The notes: a model not told the origin generated them from the sequence alone. A stretch of 64,000 bases of DNA from Candidatus Micrarchaeota archaeon (GCA_043821365.1 JBDRCX010000003.1:32001-96000), one strand, 5' to 3'; shown: positions 38,116-48,071, numbered from the stretch's first letter. Numbers and translations: made by a program.

Positions 38116-39500
38116 CGTTTCCCTTTGTATAAATGAATTGCTTTGTCTAATCCATCTTCTGCAGCTTCAGCTAAAGATTCTGACATAGTGGGATGAGTAT
38201 GTATTGTTATGGCCAAATCCTCTAAGGTTGCACCCATTTCAATTGCAAGTGCAGCCTCAGCTATTATCCCTTCAGCACCAACTCCAATCACATGAACTCC
38301 CTGTACAATTTTGTTTGTGTCTGCTACAATTTTTACAAAGCCTTCTGTTTTACCAATTGCCTTTGCTCTGCCTGATGATGTTAATGGCATTTTTCCTATT
38401 TTTGGATTTTCAACTTCATTTTCTTTCAATCCAACTGTTGCTATCTCTGGTTCAGAAAAAACTACAGATGGGATTACAATATTATCATAAGCACTTTTTA
38501 GGCCTGCAATGACTTCTGCAGCAACTTTTCCTTGCCTAAATGCTTTGTGTGCTAATTGCGGTCCAGTAACAACATCCCCAATTGCAAATATTTTTTCATC
38601 TGTTGTTTTCATTTTATTATCAACAATGATAAGATTATTTCCAACCTTTACTTTTGTTTTATCTAGTCTTAATTCACTATAATCTGGGACTCTCCCCACT
38701 GTAATAAGAAGTTTGTCAAACTCTATCTGTTTTTCTTCTTTCAGAGTTTTTACTAGTGCCACATTTCCTTCAACCTTTTCTATATTGCTTTCAAAAATAA
38801 TTTCACAACCAATCTCTTTCATTTTTTTAGTTAGAACATCACTTATTTCATGATCCATATTTTTCAGAAGTCTTGTTCCTCTGTAAACAACAGTTACTTT
38901 AGAACCTAATTTTGCAAATAAACATGCCATTTCAACTGCAATGTACCCTCCACCAACTACAATTAGGTTTTTTGGCAATTCTTTCAATGAAAAAATATCA
39001 TCAGAATTTAGTATTTTTTTATGATCAACTTTCAAATTAGGTAATTCCTTTGTTTTTGTTCCAGTTGCAATTATAGCATTTTTGAATTCAATTTCCCTTA
39101 AACCTGATTCTGTTTGAACTGAAAGCTTATCTGATGATTCAAAAAATGCATTCCCCTTTATTATTTCAATTCCGTTGAGCTTACAGAGTTTTTCTATTCC
39201 TTCTCTTAATCTAGCTACTTTTTCATCTTTCCAATTTTGCATTTTTTCAAAGTTTAGAGTTAGGTTACTTATAATGCCCATTAGTTCAGCTTTTTCTGCC
39301 TCATACTTTACATTTGAAGCATGTATCAATGCTTTTGATGGGATGCACCCAACATTTGTACAGCAGCCACCAACCTTATTTTTTTCAATTAGTACAACTT
39401 CAAGTCCAAGCTGGGCTGCCCTTATGGCTGCCGTATACCCACCTGGACCTGCACCAATAACTGCGAGATCCACGCGTGTTGTTAATTCTCCCATAACCAT
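38112..39500 (-). CDS. lpdA: Dihydrolipoamide dehydrogenase (E3)
   Basis: GAGPGGY, GGCCTNVGCIPSK, GGGYIAVE and HTHPTMSE. Confidence 0.96.
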   Translation of the reverse strand: MVMGELTTRVDLAVIGAGPGGYTAAIRAAQLGLEVVLIEKNKVGGCCTNVGCIPSKALIHASNVKYEAEKAELMGIISNLTLNFEKMQNWKDEKVARLREGIEKLCKLNGIEIIKGNAFFESSDKLSVQTESGLREIEFKNAIIATGTKTKELPNLKVDHKKILNSDDIFSLKELPKNLIVVGGGYIAVEMACLFAKLGSKVTVVYRGTRLLKNMDHEISDVLTKKMKEIGCEIIFESNIEKVEGNVALVKTLKEEKQIEFDKLLITVGRVPDYSELRLDKTKVKVGNNLIIVDNKMKTTDEKIFAIGDVVTGPQLAHKAFRQGKVAAEVIAGLKSAYDNIVIPSVVFSEPEIATVGLKENEVENPKIGKMPLTSSGRAKAIGKTEGFVKIVADTNKIVQGVHVIGVGAEGIIAEAALAIEMGATLEDLAITIHTHPTMSESLAEAAEDGLDKAIHLYKGKR

Positions 39501-39512
39501 TTTTGTTCACCT

Positions 39513-39535
39513 GCACTTTTTTGGAAAAAAAGCGC
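39513..39535. repeat. Triloop palindrome between pdhC and lpdA
   Basis: GCACTTTTTT-GGA-AAAAAAGCGC with one mismatch. Confidence 0.55.
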
Positions 39536-39574
39536 CCAAAAAACTTTTGTTTAACTTGAAGTATTGAGTCCTTT

Positions 39575-40750
39575 TCATATCATATCTACTAACATCAGAT
39601 CAGGATCTTCAAGATGCTTCATAACTTCATTCATAAACTCTGTTGCTTTTGCCCCATCATTTACCCTATGATCAAAACATAATGAAATCCCCATAACTTT
39701 TCTTGCTTTTATCTTTTCTTTTATCACTAATGGCATGTCTTTTATTCTATGAACTCCCATGATTGCAACTTCAGGCGGATTGATTATTGGTGTTGAATAC
39801 ATGCCACCAACACTACCAACATTTGTTATGGTAAAAGTTCCACCTTTTATTTCTTCTAATTTTATTTTTCTTTCTCTTGCAGCTACTGCCAAATGCTCTA
39901 TCTCTTGTGCAATTTCCACTATTGATTTTTTGTCTATATTCTTGATTACTGGAACCATTAGTCCATCTGGAGTTTCAACTGCAATTCCAATGTTAAGTTG
40001 CTTTTTTACTATTATTTTTTCATTATCAAAATGTGCATTGAACTCAGGAAATTTGTGGAGTGCTATCCCACATGCCTTTACAATAAAAGGCAAATAGGTT
40101 AATTTTACTCCTCTTGCTTCAATTACTTTTTTTTCTTTTTCCCTTAATTCAGTTAATTTTGTTACATCAACATAGTCCATTCCACATGCATGTGGTATGT
40201 GTGTTTTTGAATAAAGCATTCTTTCAGATATGACTTTTCTCATATGACTTAATTCGATTATTATATCTCCTTCTTCAGTTTTTAGTTCTGGAGTTTTTTC
40301 AATTACTTTTGGTACACTGGTTGGTCCATTTCTTACATCATCTTCGGTTATTCTTCCTGCTGTTCCTGTTCCATGTATTTCGCTAAGATTGACTCCAAGT
40401 TCTCTTGCTAGTTTTCTTACTGATGGAGTTGCCAGAGCATGTTCAGCATGTGTTTCTGTAATTGGTTGGGTTTCAGTTCTAATTATCTCTTCTTTAAGCT
40501 CGATCTTCTCTCCTTGTTCCCCAACAACTACTAAAACCTGACCAACTTTTATTCCATCTCCTTCTTTGAAATTTAATTTTAGTATTGTTCCAGTAAATGG
40601 TGATGGTAACTCAACCACTGCTTTGTCAGTTTCGACCTCGGCTAGAATTTGATCTGCTTTAACAGAATCCCCTTCCTTTACTCTCCATTTTACCAATACA
40701 CCTTCATGTATTCCTTCGCCAACATCAGGAAATCTAAATTCAGATGCCAT
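39575..40750 (-). CDS. pdhC: 2-oxoacid dehydrogenase E2 (dihydrolipoamide acyltransferase)
   Basis: Lipoyl domain ETDKAVVE, E3-binding ATPSVRKLARE and catalytic DHRVNDG. Confidence 0.94.
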   Translation of the reverse strand: MASEFRFPDVGEGIHEGVLVKWRVKEGDSVKADQILAEVETDKAVVELPSPFTGTILKLNFKEGDGIKVGQVLVVVGEQGEKIELKEEIIRTETQPITETHAEHALATPSVRKLARELGVNLSEIHGTGTAGRITEDDVRNGPTSVPKVIEKTPELKTEEGDIIIELSHMRKVISERMLYSKTHIPHACGMDYVDVTKLTELREKEKKVIEARGVKLTYLPFIVKACGIALHKFPEFNAHFDNEKIIVKKQLNIGIAVETPDGLMVPVIKNIDKKSIVEIAQEIEHLAVAARERKIKLEEIKGGTFTITNVGSVGGMYSTPIINPPEVAIMGVHRIKDMPLVIKEKIKARKVMGISLCFDHRVNDGAKATEFMNEVMKHLEDPDLMLVDMI

Positions 40751-40760
40751 AATAACAACC

Positions 40761-41744
40761 TTAAAATTTGACAGTTTCTAAAATTCCTTTTATTATTCTT
40801 TTTTTATCAGGAAAATAATAGTCCTCTTGTTTTGGGTATGGTATTTGTATATCCCAACCAGTTACTCTTTTTATTGGTGCTTCTAAACTTAGAAAAGAAT
40901 TTTCCATAATTCTTGTTGCTATCTCAGCTCCAAAACCCATTGTCTTACTTGCTTCATGGACAATTATCGCTCTTCCTGTTTTTTTCACTGATTTTGTTAT
41001 TGTTTCCCAATCGCATGGTGCAAGTGTTCTGAGGTCAACATGTTCTACTGAAATTCCTTGTTTTTCAATTTCTTCAACTGCATCTTTGCTAACAAAAGTC
41101 ATTGCTCCCCATGATATTAATGTTATATCTTTTCCTTCTTTGATTATATTTGCTTTACCGATTTCAATGGAATATTCCTCTTCTGGTACTTCTTCTTTGA
41201 ATGCTCGGTAAAGTCTTTTTGGTTCGAAAAATAATACTGTGTCTTCATCTTTGAGTGCAGATGCAAGAAGTCCTTTTGCATCATATGGTGATGATGGATA
41301 AACTACTTTCAAACCAGGTATGTGTAAGTAGATAGCCTCCAAACTTTCTCCATGGTGTTCTAGTGCCCTTATTCCTCCACTACATGGCAATCGTATTGTC
41401 ATTGGTACAGTAATCTGCCCTCTAGTTCGATTTCTTAATCTTGCTGCATGTTGGACAATCTGGTGATATGCATTATATTCAAAACCTTGAAATTGGATTT
41501 CAGGAACTGGTCTAAGTCCCATTGCAGCCATACCTATTGCAACTCCTATAATTCCTGATTCTGATAGTGGAGTATCAATTACTCTTTCTCTACCAAATTT
41601 AGTGTAAAGTCCGTCTGTTACTCTAAAAACTCCCCCATCAACTCCAACATCTTCCCCGAGTACAACTATGTTTTTGTCTCTTTCCATCTCTTGCTTTAAG
41701 CACATGTTAATAGCGTCAACCATATTCATTTTCATTGGAAACAC
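40761..41744 (-). CDS. pdhB: Pyruvate/2-oxoacid dehydrogenase E1 beta
   Basis: GEDVG, DTPLSESG, PVPEIQF and HHGES. Confidence 0.94.
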   Translation of the reverse strand: MFPMKMNMVDAINMCLKQEMERDKNIVVLGEDVGVDGGVFRVTDGLYTKFGRERVIDTPLSESGIIGVAIGMAAMGLRPVPEIQFQGFEYNAYHQIVQHAARLRNRTRGQITVPMTIRLPCSGGIRALEHHGESLEAIYLHIPGLKVVYPSSPYDAKGLLASALKDEDTVLFFEPKRLYRAFKEEVPEEEYSIEIGKANIIKEGKDITLISWGAMTFVSKDAVEEIEKQGISVEHVDLRTLAPCDWETITKSVKKTGRAIIVHEASKTMGFGAEIATRIMENSFLSLEAPIKRVTGWDIQIPYPKQEDYYFPDKKRIIKGILETVKF

Positions 41745-42790
41745 TCCCCCATTTGCTCTTGCAAGTCTTTAGTCATTTTTGAATATAAAAATTTGAACAT
41801 GTCCTTTGGATCCTGTTTGAATGATTCTGCTTTTACAACTGCATCCTCAACTATTTTTACTGCCCAATCACCAACTTCTTTTTCATGTTGTTCATTCCAC
41901 AATCCTTTTTTGTTCATGTAAAGTTTTAGTCTTTTGATTGGGTCTCTGTCTCTCCAATATGCTAGGTCAGTTTCTGGCCTATACTTTTTTGGATCATCTG
42001 CTGTTGTGTGCGCTCCCATTCTGTACGTTATTGCTTCAATTAAAATCGGACCTTTTCCGTTTTTTGCATTTTCAATTGATTCTTTCACTGTTTTGTAAAC
42101 AGAAACAACATCATTACCATCTATTTGGATTCCTTTGAAACCATAAGCAAGTGCTTTTTGGGCAATAGTTTCTGATTTAGTTTGCCATTTTCTTGGAACT
42201 GATATTGCCCATTGATTATTTGATATTAGAAAAACACAAGGTGCATTTAGTACGCCTGCAAAGTTTAATGCATCGTGGAAATCCCCTTCACTTGTTGATC
42301 CGTCTCCACCGCATACAACTACTGCTGCTTTTTCACCTTTCATTTTTAGTGCATGCGCAGCACCAACTGCGTGAGTGTACTGTGTTCCTATTGGTATGGC
42401 ATGCGGAAATGATTTTACATTTTTATCTAATTTTAAACCATCTTCAATTCCCATCCAACCAATGTTTATTGTTTCCAACGGTACTCCTCGTATGTAATAG
42501 CCAAAACTTTCTCTATAAGTTGGAAAAAACCAATCATCCTTTTCCATTGCAAGTGTAATTCCAACTGAAATTGCTTCCTGGCCTTCAAGTGGAGGGTAAG
42601 TGTACATTCTTCCGGTTCTTTGCAATGCTATACATTTTTTATCCCATATTCTAGCAAGATACATTAATCGATACATTTTGTCTAATAATTCGTTTGATAG
42701 TTTAGGATCAAGACTTTCATCACTATTACCTTCTTTATCTATAATTTGTAAGTAGTCGACACTACCTTCAAATACTTTTTGAATAGACAT
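41732..42790 (-). CDS. pdhA: Pyruvate/2-oxoacid dehydrogenase E1 alpha
   Basis: GQEA, PTYRE, TPP motif GDGSTSEGD...NN, and YRMGAHTTADDP. Confidence 0.94.
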   Translation of the reverse strand: MSIQKVFEGSVDYLQIIDKEGNSDESLDPKLSNELLDKMYRLMYLARIWDKKCIALQRTGRMYTYPPLEGQEAISVGITLAMEKDDWFFPTYRESFGYYIRGVPLETINIGWMGIEDGLKLDKNVKSFPHAIPIGTQYTHAVGAAHALKMKGEKAAVVVCGGDGSTSEGDFHDALNFAGVLNAPCVFLISNNQWAISVPRKWQTKSETIAQKALAYGFKGIQIDGNDVVSVYKTVKESIENAKNGKGPILIEAITYRMGAHTTADDPKKYRPETDLAYWRDRDPIKRLKLYMNKKGLWNEQHEKEVGDWAVKIVEDAVVKAESFKQDPKDMFKFLYSKMTKDLQEQMGECFQ

Positions 42791-42862
42791 AGTAAACTAA
42801 CAGAAGTAAATTTAATAAAGGAATTTTTATGTGGCTTGTTTGGTTTTTATAAATAAAAAATG

Positions 42863-43277
42863 GGACAATTGAATTTTGTTCAATGGTCCAACATTTTATC
42901 AGAATAAAATGGGGTCACTGAGAATTTCACTCGCATCGCTCGTGAAAAAATCGCCGAGCGATCGGCGAAGATTTGAATTTCTGAAGCTTTTTTTACTTGG
43001 TTTTTGCCAAGCTTTTTCCAAAAAAGCTTGCTCAGATCACCGCCTTTTCCGCCCACCTTTTGGTAAAAGGTGGATCAAAACTTGTTGTTGATTTTCGCTG
43101 CGCGAAAATAAGCGTACTCAAAACCGCGTAGCGGTTTTCAACCGTAAGTTTTTGATCCAAACTTTTTTCCAAAAAGTTTGGCCCGAAGGCGATAGTCTAC
43201 CAGGTTAGCCCATGACCCCATGAACGTAAGTGAATGGGGCATTCAAGAAATAACAGTTTCTTGTACATGACCCCATG
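42863..43277. repeat. Mosaic of more than 10 palindromes (REP/BIME- or MITE-like) between pdhA and a surface-protein gene
   Basis: Examples: CAAGCTTTTT-CCA-AAAAAGCTTG, CCACCTTTT-GGT-AAAAGGTGG, ATTTTCGC-TGC-GCGAAAAT, AAAACCGC-GTA-GCGGTTTT, CCAAACTTTTT-TCC-AAAAAGTTTGG; bounded by ATGGGGTCA / TGACCCCAT. Confidence 0.85.
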
Positions 43278-43336
43278 CAATATGTTAGGAGGTTAGTTAT
43301 GCTAACTTATTTAAACTTAGGCAACATTCTAATTTT

Positions 43337-46036
43337 ATGAAATTTACATATCTTGCTTTGGTATTGTTATTGTTGTCAACTGCCTATGCTGTTAATGTTT
43401 CGTTATGTCAGAAAATAGACACTCCTGGTGAATATGTTGTTAATGAGTCACTCTCAGGTGTATCTCCATATGTGCCACCACCATTTGATGTGGATGTTTG
43501 TATATGGATTAATGTATCTAATGTTGATTTCGATTGCAATGGTTCTACTATGACTGGTCCGGATGATTATATTGCAGTTGTTATTTATAGTCAATCGGAA
43601 CAACTATCTAATGTTACAATTAGAAATTGTGATATTTCTGATTATGATTATGCATCTCATTCATATAATTCAACTGTCACTTATATCAATAATAATGTGA
43701 GTAGTGTTATTTCGGGTGGATTCTATTCAGAATATTCCAACTCAACATATATTGATAATCGTGTTAATGACGCAGTAGGGTATGGTTTTTACTCTGACAC
43801 CTCTGAGGTTACTTACTTAGATAATAGTGTTAACGATACTGGGATAACCGGTTTTTATCTTCTAGCTTCAAATTCAACATTTACTGGAAACAATGCGAGT
43901 TACTGTGGAAATCATGGATTCTATACCTATGGTTATACCTCAACATTTTTCAACAACACTGCAAAAAATAATGCTGAATACGGTTTCTATCTTCAAAATT
44001 CAACTACTACTGCCATAAATAATACTGCGCATGATAATGACAATTCTGGTTTTAGGTCTGAAGATTCTATTTCACTCTTTAGCTATAATGACGCATATTC
44101 TAATGATATAGGTTTTATTACTGTATATTCTAATTCTACTTTCATAAACAACACTGCTTTTAACAATATTAATGGTTTTGATTCTCGTTATTCTAATTCT
44201 ACTTTCATAAACAACACTGCTTTTAACAATTCTAATTTTGGGTTTAATCCGTCTGGTTTCTATTCTATAGGATCAAATGATTCGTTTACGAATAACTTTG
44301 CTTATGATAACTCTGGCTATGGTTTCAGATTAGTTGACTCCAATTCTATATATTTACTAACAGACAATTTCGCTAATGGTTCTGAATATGGTTTCGTAAT
44401 AACAAATTCAAATGCAACATTTACAAATAATAATGCCAATAATAATGATTATGGTTTCTTTATCTCTACTTCCTCGAATGCAACATTAACAGATTGTGTT
44501 GCATATGCCAATAACATTAATGGAATGCGGATTTACAATCCATTTTACACAACTATAACCAATTCTTGGTTCTATTACAACAATCTATCATTCGGTGCAA
44601 CTACATCTGGAGCAACTTGGCCACTTGAAATAATCAATAGTAAGTTTGGTTATTCCAGTGTGAATATTTCCATAAATGACGATTTTAATTCTTCATATTA
44701 TATAAACGAAACTACTTCACCAGGATCTCCACCTACGGGATATTCATCATTTAGAAATAAATACATCGCATTGTATGACTTGGATCTTGGCAATTCTGTA
44801 CTAGATCTTCTTCAATTCCATTGGTCAGATTCAGAAACAAATGGTTATAATGAATCTTCAATGACTTTATTTGCATGGAATGGCACCAGTTGGATTCTTG
44901 TTCCTGATCAATCACTTGATACTGCTTCAAACACACTTAATGTGACTAATTTCACTTCCATCAATGATCCAAATGTTCTTGGTCTATTTGCTAATACAAC
45001 ATCATCTGGTGGAAACAACAATGGTGGCCAATCAGATCCAGAACTTTCTATTGAATTTGAAACTGATTGTTTCAATCATACAATAATTGTAACAAGCGGT
45101 AATGATCCAGTAGAAAATGCTAAAGTTGTAGTCAATGGAGATACAATAGGTTATACGGATGAAAACGGTGAAATAGAATTTGAAGGATGCACTGATTCAG
45201 TAATAATCCGTGCAACTAAAAGCGGTTATGATTCAGCATTATATAAGGAAGATTTAGACTGTGATTGCAGCCAAGGAGGCCAAGAACCTGAATGCACTAC
45301 TGACCAGAACTGTGCATATAATCAAGAGTGTACAGACAATGTCTGTGAAGACATTGATTGTTCCTGCGGAACAATCCAAGATCATGAATGTGTTTCCTAT
45401 GAATGCTGTTCAGATTCAGAATGTTCTACAGGCTATTCATGTGTGTCAAATAACTGTGAACAAACTCCAGAAGATGAATGTTCAACTGATGCAGACTGTG
45501 CTGAAACACAATACTGCTCAAACGGAAGCTGTCTTGATGTAACAGGAACATGTGGTTATGTTGCAAACCATGCATTCGTAGCATATGAATGCGGAACTGA
45601 TGCAAACTGCCCAACCTGTCCAAATGGTCTTTGCATCAACAATGAATGTGTTGCAAATGATCTTACTTGTGAAGATGGTTTAGTTGGAAGCACAGCAAAT
45701 TGTGCAGCAACAGAAGATAATGCTCCTTGTGCAAACTGTGAATATGAAGTAACAACTCCAGATGGTCAAACTCTAACAGGAACAACAGATGAAAATGGTA
45801 ACTTTAATCTACCATTAAACCTTGTTGGTACCTACACAGTTTCACTCATTAAAGGTGGAGTTGAAGTATCTTCAACTGAAGTAACCTCAAGTCAAACTAC
45901 AGTTGTTGACGATGATAATCCACCAGTTGTTGGTTCTGATCCAATGCAGTTTATTTTCTTAGCAGTGATTTTGTTGCTAATAGCTGCAATAGTGATATAC
46001 TGGTATAGTACAAGGGGAAAGAGTAAGTACAAGTAA
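43337..46036 (+). CDS. Large surface protein: right-handed beta-helix (PbH1/NosD-like) repeats, Cys-rich repeats, C-terminal TM
   Basis: Signal peptide; repeated GFY-x3-S-x-S-T-F-x-NN-x-A; CxxDxxC repeats; C-terminal hydrophobic helix plus basic tail. Confidence 0.85.
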   Translation: MKFTYLALVLLLLSTAYAVNVSLCQKIDTPGEYVVNESLSGVSPYVPPPFDVDVCIWINVSNVDFDCNGSTMTGPDDYIAVVIYSQSEQLSNVTIRNCDISDYDYASHSYNSTVTYINNNVSSVISGGFYSEYSNSTYIDNRVNDAVGYGFYSDTSEVTYLDNSVNDTGITGFYLLASNSTFTGNNASYCGNHGFYTYGYTSTFFNNTAKNNAEYGFYLQNSTTTAINNTAHDNDNSGFRSEDSISLFSYNDAYSNDIGFITVYSNSTFINNTAFNNINGFDSRYSNSTFINNTAFNNSNFGFNPSGFYSIGSNDSFTNNFAYDNSGYGFRLVDSNSIYLLTDNFANGSEYGFVITNSNATFTNNNANNNDYGFFISTSSNATLTDCVAYANNINGMRIYNPFYTTITNSWFYYNNLSFGATTSGATWPLEIINSKFGYSSVNISINDDFNSSYYINETTSPGSPPTGYSSFRNKYIALYDLDLGNSVLDLLQFHWSDSETNGYNESSMTLFAWNGTSWILVPDQSLDTASNTLNVTNFTSINDPNVLGLFANTTSSGGNNNGGQSDPELSIEFETDCFNHTIIVTSGNDPVENAKVVVNGDTIGYTDENGEIEFEGCTDSVIIRATKSGYDSALYKEDLDCDCSQGGQEPECTTDQNCAYNQECTDNVCEDIDCSCGTIQDHECVSYECCSDSECSTGYSCVSNNCEQTPEDECSTDADCAETQYCSNGSCLDVTGTCGYVANHAFVAYECGTDANCPTCPNGLCINNECVANDLTCEDGLVGSTANCAATEDNAPCANCEYEVTTPDGQTLTGTTDENGNFNLPLNLVGTYTVSLIKGGVEVSSTEVTSSQTTVVDDDNPPVVGSDPMQFIFLAVILLLIAAIVIYWYSTRGKSKYK
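44126..44230 (+). repeat. Perfect 42-bp intragenic duplication with a 63-bp period
   Basis: TATTCTAATTCTACTTTCATAAACAACACTGCTTTTAACAAT at 44126-44167 and 44189-44230. Confidence 0.85.
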
Positions 46037-46049
46037 TTTTTTGTCATTG

Positions 46050-46067
46050 ATGGGGCGATAGCCCCAT
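46050..46067. terminator. GC-rich hairpin between convergent genes
   Basis: ATGGGGC-GATA-GCCCCAT; shares ATGGGG with the upstream mosaic. Confidence 0.55.
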
Positions 46068-46071
46068 ATCT

Positions 46072-47568
46072 CTATAGTTTTATTTTTTTATTTAATTTTT
46101 TAAATTTCTTCAACCACATTACTCTCTCTAATTTAAGTTCAGCATTCAGTTTTTCATATTCTTCTTTTGTATAATACTTTTTCCAATCAAATTTCGCTAA
46201 ATCAATCCCGTTTGCTTTTTCTGGCACTAAATATCCCCAAAATTCATCTTTCTTCCATTTTATGCATCCTCTAGCAACATCAACAATAAGGGCAGATGAA
46301 TCATGGACTGTTATGTTCACACCTTTCTTTCGTCCCCCCCCAAAATGCCCTGTATTAAGCAAATAACACTCAATTTTGCCTTTTTTTATCATTTTATGAA
46401 ATCTATTACCTTCCTCATGTTCAGGACCAACAATGAATGGATTTGTGCCAACGACCCTAACTGACTTTCCAGCATGTTCAGGATCGCCAGCAGAAGTTTC
46501 AATTGATTCTCCAAGCATAAAAAACGCAGCAGCTTGCTCTGAATTGAGTTTAGCTATTGGTGGGACAATGGTATTCCTTCTTGTAATAAAAATGATAATA
46601 TTCACTTTTTTCAGATCAATAGACTCATCCCAATAGTGCCCAAGTTCTTTTCTAATTACAACTGCGCGACCATTTGAAGTAATTGAAGAATCATGAAACT
46701 TAATTTTTCCTTTAGTTACTTTCACATTCTCTAGAATCGCTCTTTTACTTGTAACTGCTTTGTAAAGCAGTGGTTCTGTTTTTCTATCTAAATTCTCTGT
46801 TTTCATATAAAAATTATCTTCTGTACCAGTACATGATCCATCTTGCCAAAGAAAAACAACATCATCCTGTCTTATTACTACTTTTTCACCTTTTTTCTCA
46901 TTCAACCAGTGGTGGTGACAAGTTAGAGTTGTTTTTCCAGTTGCACTAAGTCCAAATAATAAAATGCCTCTCTCGATTAGTCTATTTTTCTTATTCCGAA
47001 CAAATATATCCTTACATCCAGCATGCAGTCCCAATCCGCCATGCTTCTTTGCATAATACATACCCAAGCGTAAACCCGCTTTTTTCATTTCTCCAGAATA
47101 ATCAGATCCCAAAGCTATTGTTATGTAAGATTTAGGATAAACAAGAATTTTCCTTTCAGGCCATTCAGGTACAAACAAAACCTGTATATTTGGTTTTCTT
47201 TTTTTAGGTGGAAATAACATCTCATGCCACATATGGATGACTCTTGCATATTTTTTTGTTATAAAAGACCTGCATGCAAGTTTGTGTTTTGGGTCTAAAC
47301 ACATTGTTCTATCAACCTGAACCAATTCCTTTCCTTTCAAATACTTTACAACTTTTTCTAAAGTTTTTTGTTGTTCTTTTGTTGGTTTATCATAAATAAT
47401 CTCAGTGAATTTTGCACTTCTACTTCTTACTTTTGTTATGTATGATGGACTGCCAAATTCTGTTATTCTCTCGTCTCTTTTTGCTAATCTTCTCAATTCT
47501 TTAGAACTAGGGTTATCAATTACTTTGGCATTTGAAACTATTTCTTTGAGTGCACGTTCAATTAACAT
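46072..47568 (-). CDS. pckA: Phosphoenolpyruvate carboxykinase (ATP)
   Basis: YSGEMKK, LHAGC, FGLSATGKTTL (P-loop), QDD, TSNGRA and YLLNTG. Confidence 0.88.
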   Translation of the reverse strand: MLIERALKEIVSNAKVIDNPSSKELRRLAKRDERITEFGSPSYITKVRSRSAKFTEIIYDKPTKEQQKTLEKVVKYLKGKELVQVDRTMCLDPKHKLACRSFITKKYARVIHMWHEMLFPPKKRKPNIQVLFVPEWPERKILVYPKSYITIALGSDYSGEMKKAGLRLGMYYAKKHGGLGLHAGCKDIFVRNKKNRLIERGILLFGLSATGKTTLTCHHHWLNEKKGEKVVIRQDDVVFLWQDGSCTGTEDNFYMKTENLDRKTEPLLYKAVTSKRAILENVKVTKGKIKFHDSSITSNGRAVVIRKELGHYWDESIDLKKVNIIIFITRRNTIVPPIAKLNSEQAAAFFMLGESIETSAGDPEHAGKSVRVVGTNPFIVGPEHEEGNRFHKMIKKGKIECYLLNTGHFGGGRKKGVNITVHDSSALIVDVARGCIKWKKDEFWGYLVPEKANGIDLAKFDWKKYYTKEEYEKLNAELKLERVMWLKKFKKLNKKIKL

Positions 47569-47618
47569 ACTTCACATTCTACCTGCTTAATTATAAATTT
47601 TCTTCACATAGCAATTTT

Positions 47619-48071
47619 ATGCATATCAATCCTGGTGCAATTCTGTTTGTACTATTTAGCATGGCATTTTTTCTCGTCGGAATCTACATGGTGTTCAGTG
47701 AAGTTTTAATTCAAAAAACATGGCAACAAATTCATGCTAATGTTGAATCATCCTATGTAGAATCAGATTATGATCCTGATGGTTCATATTATTGGCCAGT
47801 TATTGAATATTCCTATCGTTATAATGGCAAAAATTATGAAGGTAGTTGTTGCCAGAATAGCTTTTTTGATAATGACGAAGCAGAAGAATTTGTCACTAAT
47901 ACTATTGGTAACGAAAGAATCGAGATATATATCAATCCAAATAACCCATCTGAATCAAGACTAAAAGATGATCTACACCCATTTAATATTGCAAATATGG
48001 TTGTTTTGGCAATAGGTGCATTATTAACTATTTCGAGTCTTGTACATCTCTATGGCCAATCTGAATTCTAA
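47619..48071 (+). CDS. DUF3592 family membrane protein
   Basis: TM, YWPVIEYSYRYNGKNY, IYINPNNPSES, TM. Confidence 0.75.
   Translation: MHINPGAILFVLFSMAFFLVGIYMVFSEVLIQKTWQQIHANVESSYVESDYDPDGSYYWPVIEYSYRYNGKNYEGSCCQNSFFDNDEAEEFVTNTIGNERIEIYINPNNPSESRLKDDLHPFNIANMVVLAIGALLTISSLVHLYGQSEF

Noticed and set aside
42876-43091. 71-aa ORF inside the hairpin mosaic
   Set aside because: Composition reflects the palindromes; no SD and no recognisable motif.
42863-43277. CRISPR array
   Set aside because: No constant-length direct repeat separated by unique spacers, and no cas genes in the window. The same applies to 25782-25870.
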